From NCBI GenBank assembly GCA_963704655.1, contig OY969927.1, forward strand, positions 830,137-862,136: a stretch of 32,000 nt of DNA, read 5' to 3'. Both the position numbers and the translations under genes were made by a program. Of the stretch, positions 9,484 through 16,490 are shown piece after piece (positions within the stretch are counted from its first letter, which is position 1; each line of letters begins with the position of its first letter). The notes beneath the pieces were generated by a model, which searched no databases, was not told the DNA's origin, and worked only from the letters and a program-made list of their open reading frames with translations. Origin of the DNA: an uncultured Candidatus Babeliaceae bacterium (GTDB lineage Bacteria; Babelota; Babeliae; Babelales; Babelaceae).

Positions 9484-9558
9484 GTGCCCAGCCTTCGCTT
9501 ATCCACGCCATCGGGCTTGGTAAGTTATGCCCGGCACAGCCATAGCTTCCAGCTGGAT
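9484..9558 (+). other. Degenerate tRNA-like / att-like remnant upstream of tRNA-Arg
   Basis: GTGCCCA (9484-9490) equals the tRNA 5' acceptor strand. GGCACAGCCA (9533-9542) resembles the acceptor 3' strand plus CCA. CCATAGCT-TC-CAGCTGGAT (9540-9558) matches tRNA positions 5-21 apart from a 2-nt insertion. No intact cloverleaf could be drawn. Confidence 0.3.
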
Positions 9559-9592
9559 CATCCAGCTTAAAACAGATATCCTTGATAACAAT

Positions 9593-9669
9593 GTGCCCAT
9601 AGCTCAGCTGGATAGAGCAACGGATTTCTAATCCGTAGGTCGTAGGTTCGAATCCTACTGGGCACACCA
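9593..9669 (+). tRNA. tRNA-Arg (anticodon UCU), CCA encoded
   Basis: Hand-folded cloverleaf: acceptor GTGCCCA/TGGGCAC, D-arm GCTC/GAGC, anticodon stem ACGGA/TCCGT with loop TTTCTAA (anticodon TCT), T-arm GTAGG-TTCGAAT-CCTAC, discriminator A, then CCA. 77 nt. Confidence 0.93.
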
Positions 9670-11124
9670 ATTTCCAGTTTTTGCAGTTTCCATCACCACC
9701 CCAAATACGGGTTTAAGCTCCACGTCGATCTTTCCATCATTATAAGAACAGTTGGATGTTAAGAGCTCAATTATTCTTCTTTTAGCTGCAGCATTTCCAT
9801 TTTTAAACAGCTCAGCCGCATTTTTCGCAAGTTCGATGATAAAGCGTGCATTTTCAAGATATTGTGTATCTGCCTTTTGAACAGCCAATAATTTTGTTAG
9901 CAGTTCTTCTTTTTCTGCCGACCATTTTTGAGAATTGGTCTTCCAGAATTCTTCACTGATTTTGCCATCGAGCTTATCTAAATAGACCTGATCGATTCTA
10001 TTTTGTAATAAGCGTATCTGTTTTTCAAGCTGGGCAACCAAGCTATTATGGTATTCAATTTTGTCTTTTAAACTTTCACGAATTCCCTGTAAAATTATCT
10101 CTTGGTTTTCACTGGATACGTATAGGTTATCAACTATTATCGTAAATTGTTCTTCGATAGCTTCCTGTCGTATATATTCTTTCTTGCAGTTTCCTTTTGA
10201 AGTCGTGCAATAGTAATAAATATACTTATCCTTTTTAAGATCAGCTGTGAGCATACAGCCACATTTGCTGCATTTTATAAGATTGGTGTAGGGAAATATC
10301 CCTTTCTTTGACTTGCTTTTACGTGGATTAAGAAGAACTTCCTGAACGCGTTGAAAGAGCTCCTTGCTCACCAATGGTTCATGGGAAGCATTTTCATATT
10401 TTTTGCCATTCCAGTAAAAAACACCCGTATAGAATTCATTTTTAAGGATAGTTTCAACTTTGCTGGTGTAGAAGTTTTTGCCATTACGATAAACCATCCC
10501 ATCAGCTAACATCTTCTTGCGCAAAGACAGAAGAGAGTATGATCCAGTAGCATACAGTTCAAACATTTTCTTAACATATGGTGCTGTCTGTGGATCTACT
10601 AAGATGACCTTTTTGTCGCCTTTAAAGGTGTTAATATAACCATAAGGAGCTGTTGAAGGGTATGTTCCTTGAGCTGCTTTTTCAGTCATGCCTTTTTTAA
10701 CTTCTTCTGATAGATTATCAATGTGATTTTTAGCCATAAGTGCTTTGATTCCAAAAATGAATTTCTCATTAGAACGTGCTTCTTTGCTAAGTATTACGTT
10801 CTCTTTAACAAGATGAATCCTTATATCACAGTCTTGTACGAGACGTTCCAGTAAGGCGTAATCGAACATGTTTCGTAAAAGTCGATCTGTTTTTTCTACT
10901 AAAAGATGCTTAACTGATCTGTTTTCATCAAAGAAAGCGAGCATTTTATTAAATTCTGTACGCCCAGCCTTTTTTGCAGTTTCTGCGTTAGCAAATTCTT
11001 TTACAATCGTATAATTGTTTTTAGCGGCATATTCATGTAGAACTTTAAGCTGCGCAGGGATCGAGAAACCTTCGACTTCTTGGTCTTTTGATGAAACTCG
11101 GGCGTAGATGACGGCTTTATTCAT
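9655..11124 (-). CDS. Large serine recombinase (integrase)
   Basis: 489 aa with an N-terminal resolvase catalytic domain (AVIYARVSSKDQ with the nucleophile Ser). A central recombinase domain follows, then a Cys-rich zinc ribbon (CSKCGCMLT...YYYCTTSKGNCKK) and a coiled-coil tail. The last five codons and the stop (NWCAQ*) are encoded inside the tRNA 3' end. Confidence 0.9.
   Translation of the reverse strand: MNKAVIYARVSSKDQEVEGFSIPAQLKVLHEYAAKNNYTIVKEFANAETAKKAGRTEFNKMLAFFDENRSVKHLLVEKTDRLLRNMFDYALLERLVQDCDIRIHLVKENVILSKEARSNEKFIFGIKALMAKNHIDNLSEEVKKGMTEKAAQGTYPSTAPYGYINTFKGDKKVILVDPQTAPYVKKMFELYATGSYSLLSLRKKMLADGMVYRNGKNFYTSKVETILKNEFYTGVFYWNGKKYENASHEPLVSKELFQRVQEVLLNPRKSKSKKGIFPYTNLIKCSKCGCMLTADLKKDKYIYYYCTTSKGNCKKEYIRQEAIEEQFTIIVDNLYVSSENQEIILQGIRESLKDKIEYHNSLVAQLEKQIRLLQNRIDQVYLDKLDGKISEEFWKTNSQKWSAEKEELLTKLLAVQKADTQYLENARFIIELAKNAAELFKNGNAAAKRRIIELLTSNCSYNDGKIDVELKPVFGVVMETAKTGNWCAQ
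9660..9669. repeat. Candidate attL core (GGGCACACCA) within the tRNA-Arg acceptor 3' strand and CCA
   Basis: It is identical to the 10-mer at 23815-23824 in the same orientation. Confidence 0.55.
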
Positions 11125-11152
11125 GATGCCTTTTCCGGATGCGTGTGAAATT

Positions 11153-11578
11153 TTATTTTTGTTTTGTTTTCATCCAAATAGCTACAATAGCACCTAACGC
11201 CAAAAATGTTAGCCCAAGTAAATCATTATTCGTGCTTTGCCTTTGGATTTGAGCTTGCTCTAGATGTATTTGTTGCCGATAAGCCCTTTCTTCTTGCTGA
11301 AGTCGTTCTTGGTGAGCGATCTCTTCCTGCCGCAATCGTTCTTGGCGGGCAATTTCTTCTTGTTGCAGCTGCTGTTGATAGGCTATTTCTTGCAATTTTT
11401 GTTGGTGCATTAATTCTAATAGTTCGCGTTGTGCGGCCATTTCTCTTTGATGAGCTTGTTCAGCAGTCTTTTGGCGAGCAAGAGCCTCGAGAGCCTCGCC
11501 AATCCCTTTGCCTAGTGCGCTGCCAAAACGCGCTCCCGTACTTTCTGTCGGAGTAAATCCATTAGAAAAATTTGTCAT
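11153..11578 (-). CDS. Gln/Glu-rich coiled-coil protein with a C-terminal TM anchor (tail-anchored)
   Basis: 141 aa with the repetitive stretch QERLRQEEIAHQERLQQEERAYRQQ and the C-terminal hydrophobic segment LLGLTFLALGAIVAIWM. The antisense ORF 11206..11556 is a low-complexity shadow. Confidence 0.6.
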   Translation of the reverse strand: MTNFSNGFTPTESTGARFGSALGKGIGEALEALARQKTAEQAHQREMAAQRELLELMHQQKLQEIAYQQQLQQEEIARQERLRQEEIAHQERLQQEERAYRQQIHLEQAQIQRQSTNNDLLGLTFLALGAIVAIWMKTKQK

Positions 11579-11601
11579 TATATTTCTTTATATTATTTTA
11601 A

Positions 11602-11796
11602 TTAGCTTCTTGAATAAGAATTGACGTATTTATACCCATTACTTGGCTTAAAATAACCTTTGGTACTTTTAGTTTTAATCCTGCCTGTAGATTTGCTAAC
11701 TTTTCCAAAGCCATCATACATAGCCTTCTTTGAAAGTAATTGAGTGGTTGAAATAAGGCATATAATAGCGAATATTTTTACAAAATAGTGTTTCAT
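11602..11796 (-). CDS. Small basic secreted protein
   Basis: 64 aa with signal-like MKHYFVKIFAIICLISTTQLLS, followed by a Lys/Tyr/Gly-rich tail (KGYFKPSNGYKYVNSYSRS). Confidence 0.5.
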   Translation of the reverse strand: MKHYFVKIFAIICLISTTQLLSKKAMYDGFGKVSKSTGRIKTKSTKGYFKPSNGYKYVNSYSRS

Positions 11797-11826
11797 TTGG
11801 GTTTTTTCGATTATTGACAGATATTG

Positions 11827-12009
11827 TTATTCTTTTGATTCGACTTCTTTTTCATACAACAGACGAATGCCTTCGCAAATAATTGTAGATCGGTCCGTTT
11901 TATTGCGATCACGTAGGCGCTTAATGAAGATCTCATCTAAGAGGTGTTCATCGGTTAACGACATATAAACGGTAGTTTTTGCCTTTTTTGGAACTTCCGA
12001 TTCTTGCAT
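11827..12009 (-). CDS. Putative ribbon-helix-helix (CopG/Arc-like) DNA-binding protein
   Basis: 60 aa with a beta-strand-like TTVYMSL followed by two helices (DEHLLDEIFIKRLRD; RSTIICEGIRLLYEKE). It is divergently transcribed from the Hsp70-like operon across a 183-bp intergenic region. Confidence 0.5.
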   Translation of the reverse strand: MQESEVPKKAKTTVYMSLTDEHLLDEIFIKRLRDRNKTDRSTIICEGIRLLYEKEVESKE

Positions 12010-12180
12010 ATTTTTCCTTAAATAATGAATTTTCTCTTATCTATAATGGCTCAATTAGAGAAAGACGTCAAGTAATTAAACAAGTTAAATGCAAAAACTA
12101 CTTTACATTATGTCATTTTTTGATAATTTTATAATAAGAAATAAATAATATAGCTTAATTAACAAAATCCAAAGATTATT

Positions 12181-12188
12181 GGGGAGGA
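12181..12188 (+). promoter_or_regulatory. Shine-Dalgarno site for the Hsp70-like gene (TTG start)
   Basis: GGGGAGGA ends about 5 nt before the TTG at 12193. Confidence 0.7.
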
Positions 12189-12192
12189 TATT

Positions 12193-14676
12193 TTGTCTAC
12201 TATTGAAATTGGGATTGATTTAGGAACCACAAATTCCTCTATCGCGGTCATTCAACAAAATGCGGTACAGGGCATTAAAAATGCTTCAGGGGAAGAAAGT
12301 ACCCCTTCTGTCATCTACGCTGATAAAAATGGAAACATTGTTGTCGGGTCGAGAGCGAAGAGAATTATGAATAATTCCAAAGAAAACCTGCAAAATAGCA
12401 AGGCCGAAATCAAGCGTTTGATGGGTACAGCAGAGACTATTTTTTTCCCCAACTTGAATAAAAAAATGCTTCCCGAAGAAATTTCGGCAGAAATTCTGAA
12501 AGTACTTATAAATGATGCTAAGAGGAAGTACCCAGGGCTGCTTTTAGATGCGGCTGTGATTACGGTCCCTGCTTATTTTTCTACTGTGCAATCTGAGGCG
12601 ACGAAAAGAGCTGGAGTTTTAGCGGGTTTGAGGCAAGTAGTTCTTCTTCAGGAACCAATTGCCGCAGCAATCGCATATGGTTTTCTTAATCAGAAGAACG
12701 AAAATTGGCTTGTATATGACCTAGGTGGCGGTACTTTTGATGTTGCTCTCGTAGCATTGCGTGATGGATTTCTTACAGTTCTTGCCCATGCGGGAGATAA
12801 TTTTCTCGGTGGTAAAGACTTCGACGCTGCGATCATACAAAATTTAATTCTTCCATCTCTTTCTACCAAAGGTATCGTTTTAGATCCGTCAACTCACTCA
12901 GAAATCTTTAGTTACTTGAAAGAACTTGCTGAATTAGCAAAAATTGAACTTACCACGTGCGAAAGGACAACTATCGATATCGATGTCCAAGTAAATCAAG
13001 CCCAGGTCGAGCATTCTATTGAAATAACAAGGACAGATCTGCTGGAAAGCTGCAAACATTTGCTTGAAAAAACGGTCGACCTTTGCAAGAAGACAATCAG
13101 TGACGCCAATGTGGATCCAGCAACAGTTCAAAGAATTGTTCTTGTCGGTGGGCCGACACAAATGCCAATCTTACAAACTTTTTTGAAAAATTCCTTGCGA
13201 ATCAATGTAGATGGAGGTTTAGATCCTCTACTAGTGGTTGCAAAAGGTGCTGCTATGTTCGGCAATCAAACAGTAATCACTACCCCTGAAGGACAAGGGG
13301 ATATCGACATATCAAACGTTTCCTGCCAGCTCGAAGTAAATTACAATCCAGTAACATCCGATGATGAACAAATTGTCACAGGCAAGGTTTTGCGCATCAC
13401 TGGTGCATCTCAGCCATATTCAGTTCAGTTTGCAAGCTCTGATGACTCCTTTGCGTCTGAAGAGATTCTTATTAAAAATGGCAAATTTATACTGACGCTT
13501 CCTACAGGCAAAAAAGGTACATCATATTGGATTTATGTTAAAGACAATGATGGTCAGCTGATTACTTCAGCTCCTGAAAGCATTCAAATTAATAGAGGCA
13601 TTTCTATCATGGGAGCCCCCCTTCCTTATTCAATTGGCGTATCCGTGATTTCTCTTTCTTCCCACAAAGGTTATGCTGATCCGACCGAGACAATAGAATT
13701 CTTTTTTTCTAAAAATAGCATTTTGCCCCTTAAAGAAAAAAAACGCTTTTATACTCTTGCCGATTTAAGAGCAGGATCCTCCGAAAATGCTCTCCCTATT
13801 TGCATTTATGAAGGCGAATCTCTTATCACAAATCGAAATACTTTAGTCTGCCATTTGGCAATCACAGGAAAAGCAATTTCTAAAGATTTGAAAAGAGGCA
13901 CCCCGGTCGACATCACAATTGAAGTTAATGAATCAAGAGAGTTGAGTGTGATGGCCTATCTTCCGGATTCTGATATTACCCTTAATGCAAGAGAAACTTT
14001 GTATTTTGATGCTGCTAAAATTGACGAGGTAAAGAAGGATTTTACAGAGCAGGTAACACGCTCAGAATCCATAGCTGCATCTGCAGGGCCAATAAATGAA
14101 ACCAATGGCATCAAGAATATGATTAAAGATATTCAATCTACTATCGATGACTCAGGATCAGACTCAGATCAGCAAAGAAAGGCAGAAAAACAAGTAAAAG
14201 ACTTGATGATGGCCCTTGATCGAATTGAGGCGAAAACAAAATTTAATAGCAATGTTGCTACTTTCTGGCAAGAATGCCAGGAGCTCACTGATTATCTGGA
14301 AGATTGTAATCCGCCTGATAAACGCACCGAATACGAAGCCACATATAATACTCTTCGTAAAGAAGGATTAATGGCTATATCTAAAGAAGATGCGATATTA
14401 TTAGAGCATATTGTTCAAAAATTGAGTCGACTTAATTTCAGATGTGTGTATAACGATGTTCGTTATCTGACCTCATGGATTAAAGATTTAATAAAACAGG
14501 TGCAGGAAAAGGCCCATCTCCATCCTACTCTTCCAGACTTAATCAACAGAGCCAAAGATGCCCTAGCTAAATTAAATGTAAAAGAGATGCAGGAGCTTAT
14601 TCATGCGCTTGATCCATTTACGGAGGAAGAAGGAAAGCATCAGGTTCGATTTGTGAAGTCGGGAATTACGTTATGA
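12193..14676 (+). CDS. Atypical Hsp70-family ATPase (NBD + ~110-aa insert + SBD-beta-like domain + long helical tail)
   Basis: 827 aa with Hsp70/actin-fold motifs GIDLGTTNS, EIKRLMG, VITVPAYF, EPIAAAIAYG, VYDLGGGTFDV and VLVGGPTQMP. An SBD-like segment is present (ALPICIYEGES...KRGTPVDITIEVNESRELSVMAYL). The stop overlaps the next start (ATGA). Confidence 0.88.
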   Translation: MSTIEIGIDLGTTNSSIAVIQQNAVQGIKNASGEESTPSVIYADKNGNIVVGSRAKRIMNNSKENLQNSKAEIKRLMGTAETIFFPNLNKKMLPEEISAEILKVLINDAKRKYPGLLLDAAVITVPAYFSTVQSEATKRAGVLAGLRQVVLLQEPIAAAIAYGFLNQKNENWLVYDLGGGTFDVALVALRDGFLTVLAHAGDNFLGGKDFDAAIIQNLILPSLSTKGIVLDPSTHSEIFSYLKELAELAKIELTTCERTTIDIDVQVNQAQVEHSIEITRTDLLESCKHLLEKTVDLCKKTISDANVDPATVQRIVLVGGPTQMPILQTFLKNSLRINVDGGLDPLLVVAKGAAMFGNQTVITTPEGQGDIDISNVSCQLEVNYNPVTSDDEQIVTGKVLRITGASQPYSVQFASSDDSFASEEILIKNGKFILTLPTGKKGTSYWIYVKDNDGQLITSAPESIQINRGISIMGAPLPYSIGVSVISLSSHKGYADPTETIEFFFSKNSILPLKEKKRFYTLADLRAGSSENALPICIYEGESLITNRNTLVCHLAITGKAISKDLKRGTPVDITIEVNESRELSVMAYLPDSDITLNARETLYFDAAKIDEVKKDFTEQVTRSESIAASAGPINETNGIKNMIKDIQSTIDDSGSDSDQQRKAEKQVKDLMMALDRIEAKTKFNSNVATFWQECQELTDYLEDCNPPDKRTEYEATYNTLRKEGLMAISKEDAILLEHIVQKLSRLNFRCVYNDVRYLTSWIKDLIKQVQEKAHLHPTLPDLINRAKDALAKLNVKEMQELIHALDPFTEEEGKHQVRFVKSGITL

Positions 14677-16490
14677 ACATCCAGCTACCGCAGGTTTTGA
14701 TTAGAAATTCATTCAATATACTAGGCCTTTCTTCTTCTGCTACTTTAAAGGAAATTAGAAAAAGAACTCAGCAACTTTTACAACTTGCAAAAATTGAAGA
14801 GATGCAAAAGTTTGATGCTGATATCGGGCATGTCTGTGAATTTCGAAATGAGAACGAAGTTCGGCTTGCAATGGAAAGAACATCGAGCGTCAAGGAACGC
14901 CTACGGGAAACCTTTTTTTGGTTCGATGACCATAATATAGAAAATCAGAAAGCCATTGCCCTTATTTCGCAAGAGAATTATCGTGAAGCTATAGCTATCC
15001 TCGAAAAAACGAATGCTGCAAGCATGGATTGGTTAGAGCATAAGAACTTAGCCCTGGCTTTGATTTTCCAAGCCTTTGCTTCCTCGGATCTTAGTAGTTT
15101 TAGTCACTCATTAGAGTTATGGAAACGAATCGTAGAGTCTGAAGTTTTTTGGAAGTTCTATGAAAAAAATTATATGCTTCATGATGAGTTTGGAACGTCT
15201 ACATTCTTATTTCAGGAATTTAGAAGCTCAATTTACGAATCTTTATCCGCAATGACAGTTTCTTTCTATCATCAAACTAAAAATCCTGAAGCCATAGGCA
15301 TTTATTTTTCTGAATTCGGTCAAATAGAAAAATCTATAGACTGTGAGGTTATTCAGCCAATCGTGACTAAGATTAAAAAAGAAATAGAAGACTTAGAAAA
15401 AATAGCTTCAGAATCGAGCAGCGATGCGAGCTTGATAAAGCAGGCTCTAGAAAAAATTCATAAATACTTTGTGAAACTGGATCAATTTAAACTCTTCGAA
15501 TATTCGCCATTAACTATCCTAAAAAATGACTCTGCTGAAAAATTACGATCTATTTCTATTGATATCTATAATCAGAGTGAGAATGCTGAGTTAGCCTCAT
15601 TGTTCCTTGATCAAAGTGCAGAGCTTGCTATTTCTGATGTAATTGTAAGAAAGATTGAGTCTGACAAAAAAGTGATAAAAAACAATGAATTATGGGAGGC
15701 AATTTCTACCAGGTTCAATCGAATAAAAGAATTAATCGCAGAGAAAAAAATCGAAGAAGCTAAAAGTGTTTATTACGATTTGGACAATGAACTGGCTAGG
15801 CAAAATAACGGGTCATCTAAAGATACTAGAATCGTTCTGCTTATTCGCCTTTGCTATCAATTGATGGGGAAGGGACATGAACTTTTCAATAAAAAAAAGT
15901 TTGGTATCAAGATTCTTGCGATTGGCGCTTTTTTAAATCGGCAAAATCATAAAGATGCGATACATATTTTTGAGTATGTAATTGAAATATTGATGAATAA
16001 AATCTCTATATTAAGTTTTATAGATATTTACAATGACAGATCTTATCTCTTAAAAGAAATAGAAAATATATCAAACTCTCTAGAAAATTGTGAACTTTCT
16101 GATTTAATAAATGAACATGAACCGTACTTAAAATCACTAGAAATGTTTGCCGATGGGCAAGAGAATGAGGATACGCAAGCTGTAATACATGTGCTAGGTT
16201 TTGCCATATACTTTAGCATTTTGTATCGCAGGATTCGTGGTATTATGCAAAGAAAAATGTGGCAATGGGTAGCTTGTGGAACGGTAATTGCCTTCTATTT
16301 CTTAGTAATTATGAATAATGACAAGTGCGAATCAAAAATTGAGAAAGCTTTAACCTACGAAGAAAAAAGTATTATTGAATATTTGCAGGAAAATAGCCCG
16401 GAAGTACTTAAGAATATTAGAAGGGAGGGTTATTCTGATAAACAGATAGCCCAATATGCTTTAGACCAAATAGCGAATGAGAAAAAATGA
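14673..16490 (+). CDS. J-domain-like (HPD-less) helical protein with two C-terminal TM helices
   Basis: 605 aa. The N-terminus, NSFNILGLSSSATLKEIRKRTQQLLQLAK...VKERLRETFFWFD, resembles J-domain helices I-IV but has no HPD tripeptide. A long alpha-helical middle follows. Hydrophobic segments AVIHVLGFAIYFSILY and WVACGTVIAFYFLVIM lie at about nt 16176-16316. It has ATGA overlaps with both neighbours. Confidence 0.7.
   Translation: MNIQLPQVLIRNSFNILGLSSSATLKEIRKRTQQLLQLAKIEEMQKFDADIGHVCEFRNENEVRLAMERTSSVKERLRETFFWFDDHNIENQKAIALISQENYREAIAILEKTNAASMDWLEHKNLALALIFQAFASSDLSSFSHSLELWKRIVESEVFWKFYEKNYMLHDEFGTSTFLFQEFRSSIYESLSAMTVSFYHQTKNPEAIGIYFSEFGQIEKSIDCEVIQPIVTKIKKEIEDLEKIASESSSDASLIKQALEKIHKYFVKLDQFKLFEYSPLTILKNDSAEKLRSISIDIYNQSENAELASLFLDQSAELAISDVIVRKIESDKKVIKNNELWEAISTRFNRIKELIAEKKIEEAKSVYYDLDNELARQNNGSSKDTRIVLLIRLCYQLMGKGHELFNKKKFGIKILAIGAFLNRQNHKDAIHIFEYVIEILMNKISILSFIDIYNDRSYLLKEIENISNSLENCELSDLINEHEPYLKSLEMFADGQENEDTQAVIHVLGFAIYFSILYRRIRGIMQRKMWQWVACGTVIAFYFLVIMNNDKCESKIEKALTYEEKSIIEYLQENSPEVLKNIRREGYSDKQIAQYALDQIANEKK

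Noticed and set aside
9464-9670. 68-aa minus-strand ORF (MVCPVGFEPTTYGLEIRCSIQLSYG...)
   Set aside because: It is the antisense read-through of tRNA-Arg and the tRNA-like debris. The VGFEPTT string is the classic translation of a T-arm, so it is not a gene.
11206-11556. 116-aa plus-strand ORF inside the Gln/Glu-rich gene
   Set aside because: It is the antisense shadow of a low-complexity CAA/GAA-rich coding region. It has no RBS and an implausible composition.
11602-12009. Toxin-antitoxin pair (RHH antitoxin plus downstream small gene)
   Set aside because: The downstream 64-aa product has a signal peptide and a Lys/Tyr-rich tail rather than any toxin fold I recognise. The 30-nt gap and the lack of coupling also argue against a TA module.
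12010-12192. Specific sigma70 -35/-10 promoter call for the operon
   Set aside because: Candidate hexamers exist (TTGATA at 12120, TATAAT at 12130, TTTACA at 12102) but none pair with acceptable 16-19-bp spacing. In AT-rich DNA such matches are uninformative.
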